From an uncultured virus (IMG/VR IMGVR_UViG_3300045912_000307) (Duplodnaviria; Heunggongvirae; Uroviricota; Caudoviricetes): a DNA stretch of 64,000 nt. Positions 17,732 to 27,740 of this stretch are shown piece after piece. Each line of letters starts with the position of its first letter. Within the stretch, counting starts at the first letter, position 1. The notes beneath the pieces were generated by a model that saw only the letters and a program-made list of their open reading frames with translations, ran no database searches and was not told where the DNA came from. The position numbers and the translations under genes are program-made. The stretch is from the IMG/VR virus record IMGVR_UViG_3300045912_000307. One strand, 5' to 3'.

Positions 17732-18044
17732 GTTAACAAGCTTATCAGCACAAACAGTAATGTCTAATGAGTTAATTGTATACAGAGATGAACAAGTAAT
17801 AGCTTCACATCCTGTAGAAATTGAAATTGAATTAACTGATAAATATATTATAATTGATAATAAGAAATTGAATATTACTAGTAATATACTTACTTTTAAA
17901 GGTACTGATGGTTACTTTCTGTCTTTCAGTTGTGGTAAATATGAACTTATTGTTTATTATACTTCAGATAAGCAACCATACATGGTTCAAATCACATACA
18001 AGGATAAAACATTAGAGTTTAAAGTGAATACTTTGTCGTTATGA
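17694..18044 (+). CDS. secreted protein
   Basis: Signal peptide LSA|Q. Confidence 0.7.
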   Translation: MKWILIPLLVLIKLTSLSAQTVMSNELIVYRDEQVIASHPVEIEIELTDKYIIIDNKKLNITSNILTFKGTDGYFLSFSCGKYELIVYYTSDKQPYMVQITYKDKTLEFKVNTLSL

Positions 18045-18358
18045 AAGAGATAACTAAAGCATTTGATTTCTTATGTGAACATCAACCTAATATCAAATAC
18101 TTATTTACTATTAATGTTACAGATAGTAAAGTACCTACTGTCATAGACTTTGAAACTAAAATTGAAGATCTTGAACAAATGATTAATAAGATTGATAATT
18201 TAGGAGAACAGATTTCAGACTTCAATTATGAAATTAGAGTTTATGATGCTAATGCTTATCGAAATAATCAACCTTCTTTAGTTTATACTAAAAAGAATGA
18301 AGTTCCTAACCCTTTAGTTAGAAAACTAGCTTTACAAGCATTGAAGAATTTAAATTAA
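18041..18358 (+). CDS. hypothetical protein
   Basis: ATGA-coupled ORF. Confidence 0.7.
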   Translation: MKEITKAFDFLCEHQPNIKYLFTINVTDSKVPTVIDFETKIEDLEQMINKIDNLGEQISDFNYEIRVYDANAYRNNQPSLVYTKKNEVPNPLVRKLALQALKNLN

Positions 18359-18606
18359 TGGCTACTACTGGTATATACGGTATATGCTGTAATAATAAAT
18401 GGTATATAGGTTCTTCTGTGAATGTTGAAATGCGTTTAAGCAAGCATAAGAGTTTATTAAAAGATAATAAGCATTATGTTAAAGGCTTACAAGAAGCATA
18501 TAATAATAAGCAACGTATTAAGTTCAAGATTCTTAAACGTTGCTCGCAGAAGAACCTTAACCATTTAGAAATAGAGTATATACATAAATATAAAGCATAT
18601 AGATAG
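18358..18606 (+). CDS. minimal GIY-YIG endonuclease domain protein (possibly frameshifted)
   Basis: GIY...WYIGSS...R...H...E motifs. Confidence 0.8.
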   Translation: MATTGIYGICCNNKWYIGSSVNVEMRLSKHKSLLKDNKHYVKGLQEAYNNKQRIKFKILKRCSQKNLNHLEIEYIHKYKAYR

Positions 18607-18795
18607 ATATAATACACATGATTACTATGAAGTTTTATAAACAGATAATATAACACTTATTAATAAGTAAAAGAAAATGTAAACACTTGTACTTACTATT
18701 AAAATGATCACGCGGTTTATATCTAATTCTATAGTTGCAGTATTTTAGCAATAAGTCAAATACGCATATAAATAGTTATAGGTTTAGTACAAAAA

Positions 18796-19092
18796 ATGAC
18801 TACATGGAAAGCTTATAACGTTAATATAACATTAGATAGTAAGGGTGATATTTATAAGACTAAAGAAGTATTTAAACTAGTTCAAGGTAAAGACAGAGCT
18901 AGTTTGTTTAAGAACAACAACTTATATAGTTTTCATATTAAAGGTATTAAACCCAGTTATCTTATTAGTAATACTGAATTATATTACTTAACAGATGCTG
19001 CTACAAATATGAAACTATGGGTTTTAGTTGATGATGACGAAGAACCAATACTTAAAAATAATCTAATACAAGTACGTAAATATGAATTTTAA
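18796..19092 (+). CDS. hypothetical protein
   Basis: 98-aa ORF. Confidence 0.65.
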   Translation: MTTWKAYNVNITLDSKGDIYKTKEVFKLVQGKDRASLFKNNNLYSFHIKGIKPSYLISNTELYYLTDAATNMKLWVLVDDDEEPILKNNLIQVRKYEF

Positions 19093-19102
19093 ATAGAAAC
19101 AT

Positions 19103-19642
19103 ATGTTTATACTAGCACAAGTATCTAGCTTTAATAATCCACATTATAAACATTTTAAAGAACCTGCTATTGCAAGAACAAACAATAATGAAAATGTTTA
19201 TAAAGTTTTAAAATCTTATACTAGTAAAGAATCTAAAGGTTTATCAAGAGGTCTTTACTTTGGTAAAGTAGTAAATGTAAAAGTTAAAGATGAAATTGTT
19301 CAATTCTTTAAACCTTATTTTAAATTAGATTTACTGAACAAAACTTATACTAATATTCTAAATGGTTCGCAAAAACCTATTGGGTACTTAAAAGATTTAA
19401 AAACTCCTGCTGATATAGTTAATTATGTAGCTATTAATAGTGCATCCATTATACTAGAACTTATTAGAAAAACTATTAAAGTAGGTGATACTGTTACTTA
19501 CATTGATGATAAATCTAATAGAATTAAAGCTAAAGTTGATTCTATAGATAAAGTAAAAGGAATTGTAGTTGTTGTTAAAGACGATCATTATTCCGAAATA
19601 AATACTTACCAAATTGTTGATAACCATGGGAAAGACTTATAA
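19103..19642 (+). CDS. hypothetical protein
   Basis: 179-aa ORF with SH3/KOW-like C-terminus (IKVGDTV). Confidence 0.7.
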   Translation: MFILAQVSSFNNPHYKHFKEPAIARTNNNENVYKVLKSYTSKESKGLSRGLYFGKVVNVKVKDEIVQFFKPYFKLDLLNKTYTNILNGSQKPIGYLKDLKTPADIVNYVAINSASIILELIRKTIKVGDTVTYIDDKSNRIKAKVDSIDKVKGIVVVVKDDHYSEINTYQIVDNHGKDL

Positions 19643-19823
19643 AGATACTTATAAAAGAAATAGAGAAGATAAAGATTATAAAAATTATAAAAAACAGAAG
19701 AAAAATGCAAAGAGTAAAACTACCAAAATTAGAAATCTTAAGCAAAGAGATTTATCAGAGTTTGAAGGGGAAGATTATTTATCACCCGACTATTCCTATA
19801 GAGAAACTGAAAAAATTTTTTAA
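19626..19823 (+). CDS. small basic hypothetical protein
   Basis: MGKTYKD... from AACC-ATG at 19626. Confidence 0.55.
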   Translation: MGKTYKDTYKRNREDKDYKNYKKQKKNAKSKTTKIRNLKQRDLSEFEGEDYLSPDYSYRETEKIF

Positions 19824-20841
19824 TAACTCTATAGTAACAAGTGATTATACAAAAGCTGATGTAATAATGTTGTCATCTTCTGCTCAAACTTTTTATGGTA
19901 TTGTAGCTAAAGAAATAGAAGAAGGAAATTATTATAAAGTAGTAACTAATGTTCCTGGTTATTATAACTTATATTACGTTTATTGTGATTATAGAAATCA
20001 TCATGAAGAAAATGAAGACTTACCTATTACTAGGAGAATAATAAAACCAGCATTAAGTCATCCTAATGTTTATTCTGAGAACATGGTTATGATTAATCCT
20101 AAAAATCAAATAAGAATTCTTTCTGATATTGTTGTTAATCATTTAGCTCAACGATATGTTTTTAAAAACTCTTTGACTAAAGAAACTTATTCAACTTATA
20201 GCAAAGAGTCTTTTAAAGAGATATTAAGAGATCATATTAACACACTTGAATCACGTAAAGAATTTCTAAAAAGAAATAAAAAAGATCCAAGTGATATATT
20301 TTATAATCAAGATGCTGAAAATAATAGACAGATTAACATAGACTACTGTGATTTAGTAATTAAAAAATATGAAGAAGATTTTGATTACCTATATGATATT
20401 TACTCTAATTACTCTTTTTACTTACTGGGTTTAAATAAAGATTCTAGTAATCAATTTGAATTATCAGACTTAATAAATAAAACAGTAATTCATTTAGATG
20501 CAGTAGATTATGCAATGATTCATTATAGTTATAGAGATAAAGAGCTTCCTATGTCAATTGAAGAAGCTATAATGTCTTATAATGATTTAGGTGAAAAATC
20601 AGCTGCTAAGATTATATCTAAATGGGATGATTGTAAGTTTTCAAATGAAGATTACGTTAGAGCTGCTATGTATAATAAAAATCTTGTTCCTGAATTGATG
20701 AACCTATCTAATATCATTGGTTTTAATTCAGGGACAGTTTCAATTACACCATCTCTTAATACTATTTACAACAAGAACTTAGTAGTTGTAAATAAGTTTA
20801 TTGAAAAGCTTAATAAATTAATTGAATACATAAAAACTTAG
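19705..20841 (+). CDS. hypothetical protein
   Basis: 378-aa ORF upstream of the VWA/MoxR pair. Confidence 0.8.
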   Translation: MQRVKLPKLEILSKEIYQSLKGKIIYHPTIPIEKLKKFFNNSIVTSDYTKADVIMLSSSAQTFYGIVAKEIEEGNYYKVVTNVPGYYNLYYVYCDYRNHHEENEDLPITRRIIKPALSHPNVYSENMVMINPKNQIRILSDIVVNHLAQRYVFKNSLTKETYSTYSKESFKEILRDHINTLESRKEFLKRNKKDPSDIFYNQDAENNRQINIDYCDLVIKKYEEDFDYLYDIYSNYSFYLLGLNKDSSNQFELSDLINKTVIHLDAVDYAMIHYSYRDKELPMSIEEAIMSYNDLGEKSAAKIISKWDDCKFSNEDYVRAAMYNKNLVPELMNLSNIIGFNSGTVSITPSLNTIYNKNLVVVNKFIEKLNKLIEYIKT

Positions 20842-20843
20842 TT

Positions 20844-22205
20844 ATGTACGATATCTCAAATGTAACTAGTCACATGATTACTAAAGATCCTTTTATGGGT
20901 TCTTTAGCTTCAGCTATAGATAAAGTAATTTGTTCAGATAATAATATAACAACAATGGCAGTAGGTCCTACACCTTCGGGTGATAGGGCCTATTTGTATT
21001 ATAATGAAAAGTTTTGGGATGAACTAGAATTAGCTAGAGGAGAATGTGAATCTAAGGATAAGTTTGCTATTAGAGAACATAAAATGAAATTTAAGTTAGG
21101 TTTATTATATCATGAAATGTTGCACTTATTGTTTGAGCATTTAACAAGTCCTGATACTAAAGACAAAGATAAAATGCTTTGCAATATGGCAATGGATTTG
21201 TATATTAACCAACTTATAGGTCGTGATAATCTTCCTAATTCTAGCAATTTAACTGAAGAGTATATGCACTTATGTGGTCTTCATTTACAGGAATTTAATG
21301 AAAAACTTAACCCTGATGAAGAACCATGGAAAGAGCATGAATCTTGGTTATATTATTATAATAAGCTTATTTCTAAAAAGAATAGTTTAAATGAACAATA
21401 TAATATTCCTAAAACAAATATTACTATTGGAAATAATGATGTAAGTATAGAATCTGATGCACCTGATTATAAGACTGAAGGAGATGAGTTTTTTCATAAA
21501 CTATTAAACTCTTTTGATCAAGATGTAGAATTTGTAGATGGAGAAACTGGTGAAAAGATTACTAATCAAGTTATGAGATTAGTAGAAGAAACTTGGAATG
21601 ATTTATCTAGTAAAGACAAAGAAAAGTCTAGAGGATTTGGACAAGGTTTATATGAGAAAATAGTAGAAATGTTTTCTAAAAGAAAGAAACCTGTTACTAA
21701 TTGGAAAAATGCTTTAAAAGTGTTTTTACAAAGTAGTATATCTGATCCTCGTTGTACAACATTAATGCGTCGTAGTAAAAGATTTCCAGGTGCTGCAGGT
21801 TCTAAAAGAAAACTTAAATGTAAAATTGTAGTAGCTATAGATACATCAGGTTCTGTTACTGACGAAGATTTAGCAATGGCTTTTAATGAAATTAAATTTA
21901 TTGCTAAAGCTGGTGCAGAAATAGAAATAATGCAATGTGATACTAATTGCTATAATCCTTATAAGTACAAGCCTAACGATAAAGTAGTTAAATTACAAGG
22001 TAGAGGTGGTACAGAATTTCAACCAGTGTTTGACTATTATAGAAATAAAAATATTGATGGTTTAATTTACATTACTGATGGGTATTGTAATGCACCTGAT
22101 ACTTATAAAATTAGAACTACTTGGTTACTTGTACCTAGTGGATTAGATATAAAGACGATGAAAGAAAACAATTTTAAAGGACTTATTATTAAAATGGAAA
22201 AATAA
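20844..22205 (+). CDS. metallopeptidase + VWA domain protein (DUF2201-like)
   Basis: HEMLH zinc motif, N.AMD..IN, MIDAS DTSGS, GRGGT, TDG. Confidence 0.9.
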   Translation: MYDISNVTSHMITKDPFMGSLASAIDKVICSDNNITTMAVGPTPSGDRAYLYYNEKFWDELELARGECESKDKFAIREHKMKFKLGLLYHEMLHLLFEHLTSPDTKDKDKMLCNMAMDLYINQLIGRDNLPNSSNLTEEYMHLCGLHLQEFNEKLNPDEEPWKEHESWLYYYNKLISKKNSLNEQYNIPKTNITIGNNDVSIESDAPDYKTEGDEFFHKLLNSFDQDVEFVDGETGEKITNQVMRLVEETWNDLSSKDKEKSRGFGQGLYEKIVEMFSKRKKPVTNWKNALKVFLQSSISDPRCTTLMRRSKRFPGAAGSKRKLKCKIVVAIDTSGSVTDEDLAMAFNEIKFIAKAGAEIEIMQCDTNCYNPYKYKPNDKVVKLQGRGGTEFQPVFDYYRNKNIDGLIYITDGYCNAPDTYKIRTTWLLVPSGLDIKTMKENNFKGLIIKMEK

Positions 22206-22210
22206 CAACA

Positions 22211-23383
22211 ATGAGAAACAAAATTATTGAACTATCTCCTTCTCGTATTATTCAAGTTGCTAAACATATTTGTAACCTGAATTTTAAAAACAATGGACCT
22301 AATCTTGTAATGAGTGTTATAGGTAAACATGGTTTTGGTAAAACATCTTTATTTAGAGAACTAGCAGCTTCAGAAGGTTGGAAATTTAAAGAGTTACCAG
22401 TAGGTCAGATTTCTGAAATGGGTGATATGCACGGTTTACCTTATGAAAAAGAAGATGGAACTACTGGTTATCGTGCACCTGATTGGGCTCCTCAAGAAGA
22501 AGGTCCAGGTATTTTTCTACTAGATGATTTTACTAGAGCTGATCCAAGAATCCAAAACGGTATTATGCAACTTATTCAAGATTCTAAGTTAATGTCGTGG
22601 TCTATTCCTAAAGGTTGGACTATTGTGTTAACTGAAAATCCTAGTGAAGATGATGAAGCAAATTACTCAGTTACTGAACTTGATCCTGCACAACGTACTC
22701 GTTTTGCAAGATTCAAAATTAAGTTTGATAAAGATGAATGGATTGATTGGTTGTTAAGTAAAAATTATCATCCTGCTGGTATAGCTTTCTTTTCATTACA
22801 TATTCACTTGCTTAATGGAGAAACTACTGATCCAATTGATGTACCACGTACTGCAGAGTATTTCTTGAGAGCTCTTGATGATATGGATTTGAATGAAACT
22901 CATAACCAAATTCTTTCCGAGTATTTGATTGGAGGTTATATGTCTAATATCGCAAGAAATACTTGGTTGAATTTCTTGAGCACTAAAGAATACGATATTC
23001 CAGATCCTAAGACTATTTTTAGTGTTAAAACAGTAGAAGAATCAATTAAACTAATTCAAGAAGCATCTAGGGATAAAAGCAATAATAATCTTTATAGAGC
23101 TGAAATTGTAAAGATTATTCTTCTTCGTTGTTTTAACTACTATAAGAGTTTAATTATCAAGAATCAAGAAAACTCTAAAGAAGTAGATAATAAAAAGCTA
23201 TTAGAAACAGGTAATAGATTAATGAATATTCTTTATCGTTCAGACAATAAGATCATTGGAGCTGACATGGCTACTTTAATTAGTAATAAAGCTACTCAAG
23301 ATGAAGTAACTAGAAGACGTGTTACAGAATTGATGGCTAATTCTGAAATTGCTAATCTTGTTAAAACTAAGAAAGCTATTTAA
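22211..23383 (+). CDS. MoxR-like AAA+ ATPase
   Basis: Walker A GKHGFGKT, Walker B LLDDFTRA, LDPAQRTRF. Confidence 0.9.
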   Translation: MRNKIIELSPSRIIQVAKHICNLNFKNNGPNLVMSVIGKHGFGKTSLFRELAASEGWKFKELPVGQISEMGDMHGLPYEKEDGTTGYRAPDWAPQEEGPGIFLLDDFTRADPRIQNGIMQLIQDSKLMSWSIPKGWTIVLTENPSEDDEANYSVTELDPAQRTRFARFKIKFDKDEWIDWLLSKNYHPAGIAFFSLHIHLLNGETTDPIDVPRTAEYFLRALDDMDLNETHNQILSEYLIGGYMSNIARNTWLNFLSTKEYDIPDPKTIFSVKTVEESIKLIQEASRDKSNNNLYRAEIVKIILLRCFNYYKSLIIKNQENSKEVDNKKLLETGNRLMNILYRSDNKIIGADMATLISNKATQDEVTRRRVTELMANSEIANLVKTKKAI

Positions 23384-23389
23384 TGAATC

Positions 23390-23418
23390 AACAAGAGAGT
23401 TATTATAACTCTCTTGTT
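23390..23418. terminator. perfect palindrome / terminator-like
   Basis: AACAAGAGAGTTAT-T-ATAACTCTCTTGTT. Confidence 0.6.
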
Positions 23419-23433
23419 ATTAAACTTTAACTT

Positions 23434-24696
23434 ATGATATATAAAAACATAAAAGAGTACGTAGCGAAAAACGGTGCTAGATTACTTTATTTAATAGCTA
23501 AAAGCTATCATACCGACTTAGAAAAAGAACCTGAAAAATATATAGTTAAGACTAATTTTAAAGTTAAGAATCACATTTACACTTTAGTTCTGAATATTAA
23601 AGACATTACTTATAACTATAATCAATTAGCATTAATGAGCGAATTAGCTATGATAGATGATGCTAATATGTCTACACTATATAGTATTAGTTATAATAGT
23701 GTAACAGATAAGTATTATGTAGTTATAAAAAATAATACTTTTATATATAATGAGTATCAAGACATCTCATTTGACGCTATTGAATGGTCTTTAGGAAACA
23801 ATGAGTACTCTACTAGTGACTATTTAAAGCATCACAATTCCTTTATAACAAAATTTGTAATATCAGATGATAGAGTAGTAGAAGTTAATAGTAATTCCAG
23901 TCATAAAATAATCAGACATTCTGGTATATCAAGAACTAGGTTAAGTCACGGAAATACTTATTTAATGCTTTTAAAAGCTATTGGTTTAAGTTCTGATCAT
24001 TTGAGATATAAACTCGATAGCGATATTTTAAAACTAGTTGATTCAGATTACATTAAAAATTTAACATTTACAGAGTTGTTTAAGAATTATGAAGCTATAA
24101 AAGCAAAGTCATATACACCACCTTTGTATAAACTTTATCATCATTTTATACATAGTTCTTTTCCTTTAAAGCCTAAAAAAGAGAAAAAGCCTGTTTTCAA
24201 TTATTGGGTAATGCCTATATTTCACGCTTTAAGTAAAACTAAATCAAGAAGATTAGGTAAAGTTTCTGACAAGCTTGTACTAGAAAGATTAAAAAAAGCT
24301 TATGATATTAGTAAATTGCACTACTATTACGAATTACCTAATACTAATTATCCAAAAATAACTAGCGCAGTTGATTATCTTATTAATACAAAGGAAAAAT
24401 TCTTACTCAATAATAATCTGAAAAAGTCTTTGAAAAAAGAACCAAGACATAAAAAAGTTTTAAAACTAAACGTTTATAGCAACATTGTTGATTATCTTAA
24501 TAATTATTACAATGTACCAATGTCAAATCACGGTGTTGACATGTATGTTTATAGTGATAAAATAACTTTATGCTTGTTAGATTATGAACTATCTGATGAA
24601 AAGATTACTAATGATGGTTCCAACAAATTTGATAAAAAAAACTTCGATGATTTCATCACTTCAACTTATAAAGGATTTTATACTTTTGATACGTAA
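23434..24696 (+). CDS. hypothetical protein
   Basis: 420-aa ORF. Confidence 0.8.
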   Translation: MIYKNIKEYVAKNGARLLYLIAKSYHTDLEKEPEKYIVKTNFKVKNHIYTLVLNIKDITYNYNQLALMSELAMIDDANMSTLYSISYNSVTDKYYVVIKNNTFIYNEYQDISFDAIEWSLGNNEYSTSDYLKHHNSFITKFVISDDRVVEVNSNSSHKIIRHSGISRTRLSHGNTYLMLLKAIGLSSDHLRYKLDSDILKLVDSDYIKNLTFTELFKNYEAIKAKSYTPPLYKLYHHFIHSSFPLKPKKEKKPVFNYWVMPIFHALSKTKSRRLGKVSDKLVLERLKKAYDISKLHYYYELPNTNYPKITSAVDYLINTKEKFLLNNNLKKSLKKEPRHKKVLKLNVYSNIVDYLNNYYNVPMSNHGVDMYVYSDKITLCLLDYELSDEKITNDGSNKFDKKNFDDFITSTYKGFYTFDT

Positions 24697-24707
24697 AACT
24701 TTATACC

Positions 24708-25472
24708 ATGTACAAATCTCTATTTGAAATTCTAGAAATGGAATTTACAACAGATAAAAAAGCTATTGAAAAGCAATATAAATCTTTGTTATTTAAGTAT
24801 CACCCAGATAGAAACAAAGATCCAAATGCTGAAAATAGATTTAAAGAAATACGAAATGCTTATGATAAACTAATGAAATTAAATCTTTCACATTTAGATT
24901 CAAGTGTTAATTTCGATAATTTTTCTGAGTTACGTAAACAAAAGAGAAAACAGAGAATTGAAAAAACTATCAATATTAATGTAACAATACCTGAGTTACT
25001 AAATAAAAATACTATTAGTGCTAACCTAACTATTCAATTTAAGAATGATGAATATGGAGGAGAAATGCAAATTCCTATTTATCATACTCTTACTAAAACT
25101 GGTTTGCATATTATTAATAAAGAACTAAAACATAACATTATTCTCAAGTTAAACATCAATGTCAATTGTAATCACCATTATGAAGATAAAAATTGCTCAA
25201 TAACTTATTTACCTCAAGATAATCTTACTATTATGGAAGTTAAAGGTGGTTACAATAATCATAATATATATAATTCTCCTATTCAAGGTGTTAATGTTTT
25301 AAAAGGTTTTAAAAAGCTTGTGTATAAATCTAAAGGTGTAAATGGTAGTGATTTACAAGTAGTAGAAAATGATTCTACTATTATTAATAATGGAATATCA
25401 CTAGATGATGATATATACGGTTACTTAATTGTAATACTAATAGTAGCCTCTATTGTTTATCTTGGGTTTTGA
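24708..25472 (+). CDS. J-domain (DnaJ-like) protein with C-terminal TM anchor
   Basis: KYHPDRN...F.EI..AY..L motif; hydrophobic C-terminus. Confidence 0.85.
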   Translation: MYKSLFEILEMEFTTDKKAIEKQYKSLLFKYHPDRNKDPNAENRFKEIRNAYDKLMKLNLSHLDSSVNFDNFSELRKQKRKQRIEKTININVTIPELLNKNTISANLTIQFKNDEYGGEMQIPIYHTLTKTGLHIINKELKHNIILKLNINVNCNHHYEDKNCSITYLPQDNLTIMEVKGGYNNHNIYNSPIQGVNVLKGFKKLVYKSKGVNGSDLQVVENDSTIINNGISLDDDIYGYLIVILIVASIVYLGF

Positions 25473-25509
25473 TAAATAATCAAATCTAAGTTAAACAAAC
25501 TATATAATT

Positions 25510-26133
25510 ATGAGTAAATTAAACTTATTATTATCAGTAATTATTGTCGTATTACTTTTAACTACATCAAAAGGATCTGCTAACTATTATACAACTAACA
25601 TAACAAAATGTGATACTGTGTATAAAGCAGATACTATTAGAGATACTATTAAAGAAATAATTTTTTTACCTAGTATTCTTAAAGTTAAAAGTAATGAAGA
25701 TCCTAATAAATTAGAGTTTATAAACAAAGCTGTCACTATTGCTGTTCTAGCTGAAAAAAATGGAGGAGCTCCTGCAGAAATTGTAGTAGCTGGTGCTATT
25801 TTTGAATCAGGATATGGTACTAGTAATTTAGCTAAACTAGCTAACAACTATTGTGGTCATATGTTTAGTAAATCTCAATTAAGTAAACCTGGTGTAGTAG
25901 GTAATTATGGTAAATGGACTAAATTTAAAAACATGGAAAGTAGTTTAATAAATCATAGTATGTTACTAAAAAATACATATAACATCAATTCATTAAAAGA
26001 TATTGATAAATTATGTCCTTATATTGACTCATATTCTTGTAGAAAAGGTTTATATATAACTAAACTACTTTCTACTATAGATATGTGGGATTTAAAAAAT
26101 AAATGCAACAATGCAAGAAAAATGTTATTTTAA
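25510..26133 (+). CDS. secreted divergent GH73-like protein
   Basis: Signal peptide; AIFESGYGTS.LA..ANNY.G; YATD motif not conserved. Confidence 0.7.
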   Translation: MSKLNLLLSVIIVVLLLTTSKGSANYYTTNITKCDTVYKADTIRDTIKEIIFLPSILKVKSNEDPNKLEFINKAVTIAVLAEKNGGAPAEIVVAGAIFESGYGTSNLAKLANNYCGHMFSKSQLSKPGVVGNYGKWTKFKNMESSLINHSMLLKNTYNINSLKDIDKLCPYIDSYSCRKGLYITKLLSTIDMWDLKNKCNNARKMLF

Positions 26134-26995
26134 ACTAATCAAATGTATTAACCTCCCGTCTATAAATGACGTGGAGGTTAATTTATTTAACGAAGATTAC
26201 AACTTACTTACTTTAATTGTTGAACCTTATGAACATGATATAGGACCCATAGAAAAACTATTATTAGCTATACAGTTTTTCTATTGTGGATTCACTAAAG
26301 AACTTTTAGACTTAATGTTTGATGAAAATTTAACTACTATAATTATAGAAGTACATAATGTTAATACTTATAGATATGTGCTTACCATTAATAAAGAAGG
26401 TATAGTTAAAGAAAAGATATTTAGAATAGAAAATAATAGATATGTTTATGTTGGAAATAAAATTGATGAAGTAGATGAGTTAGCTAGTTTTATACAATCT
26501 ATTTATCATTTTACTTGGTATGAAAAAAACTTAGAATTAAATAATCCTGATGAAGATTTATGGGAAAGAATTCAAGAACATTACTATTATTTCTATAAGA
26601 TATATAGAAGTAACCAGAATGTTAGTGATTTAGCAGTAACGTTTATGAGAATTATGTATTTAGATGTGCTAAACCTAACACCTGTTAATGATGATTTAAT
26701 TGTAGAGTATAGAGAAAATGGATATGTTCAAACTAGTAGTATAAGAAAACTAGATGAAAAATACATTAATGGCTTTGTGTTAGCTACTTTATTAATGCCT
26801 ATTAAAGGTAATATACAAAGACCAGTATTTATGACTCATTTAAATAAAATGCCTATTGATATGTTAACTGCTTTATGTGATATAGTTAATTCTAATAAAC
26901 GTAATTATTCAAAATCACAATATATTATTGCTATTTCACCTGAACAACTTTTGAAACTTAATAATAAAGAATACAATAAAATTATTACTAACTAA
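26111..26995 (+). CDS. hypothetical protein (possible degenerate AAA_21/ABC-ATPase fold)
   Basis: YRY.L.I.KEGIV.E and C-terminal SQYIIAI pattern; no Walker motifs. Confidence 0.6.
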   Translation: MQEKCYFKLIKCINLPSINDVEVNLFNEDYNLLTLIVEPYEHDIGPIEKLLLAIQFFYCGFTKELLDLMFDENLTTIIIEVHNVNTYRYVLTINKEGIVKEKIFRIENNRYVYVGNKIDEVDELASFIQSIYHFTWYEKNLELNNPDEDLWERIQEHYYYFYKIYRSNQNVSDLAVTFMRIMYLDVLNLTPVNDDLIVEYRENGYVQTSSIRKLDEKYINGFVLATLLMPIKGNIQRPVFMTHLNKMPIDMLTALCDIVNSNKRNYSKSQYIIAISPEQLLKLNNKEYNKIITN

Positions 26996-27008
26996 AACTA
27001 ATTAATAT

Positions 27009-27740
27009 ATGAATCTTAAAGCTTTTGTATACAAGTTTATTTATAACAATGAGTTTTATTTTGTTGAAACTTATGATTACCACGTAGGTAAAAATGCTTT
27101 AGAAGAGTATTTGAATATACCTAAAAATTCTTTACCTAATTCTGTAAAACCAACTATTGATGAGCTTAAAATCATTTGGTCTCATAATAATAAAGAAGAA
27201 GAAGCAATGAACCTAGCTGTAAATGCTTGGAACATTATTCATAAAACTGATTTTTATTATGATACTAAATCTAATAAAGTAAAAAGTAAAAGTAAAAAAC
27301 CTACTCCTACAAATGATGAAGTGTATAATTTCTTTAAGAAGTACAAACTTACTATTAATAAATCACAATTAACCAACAAAGATGATATTGAGTTACAAGA
27401 AAAACGTAGAAAACTTATTTATGAAATTAAACTATTCATGAATTACAAACTTAATCCTAATGATAAACCACTTGTGTATAATAAATCTCATGTTACTTAT
27501 ACTAGTGGATTTAATGATGAAGTAGCTAAAAACTATGCTTTCAATAATAAGCTTTATAATAATACCGGATTTTTAGTACCTATTGATACTGAACAAGCTA
27601 TTCAAGATAAATTGTGGATTCATCCTAATTTAAAAAGTAGATATGAGGAACTAGTTAAAAGATGTAAAGAAGTTAGAATGAATGAAGTTATGTATAATGA
27701 AAAAGAAGGAATTTCATGGGAAGATCTATTCTGGATGTAG
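27009..27740 (+). CDS. hypothetical protein
   Basis: 243-aa ORF. Confidence 0.75.
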   Translation: MNLKAFVYKFIYNNEFYFVETYDYHVGKNALEEYLNIPKNSLPNSVKPTIDELKIIWSHNNKEEEAMNLAVNAWNIIHKTDFYYDTKSNKVKSKSKKPTPTNDEVYNFFKKYKLTINKSQLTNKDDIELQEKRRKLIYEIKLFMNYKLNPNDKPLVYNKSHVTYTSGFNDEVAKNYAFNNKLYNNTGFLVPIDTEQAIQDKLWIHPNLKSRYEELVKRCKEVRMNEVMYNEKEGISWEDLFWM

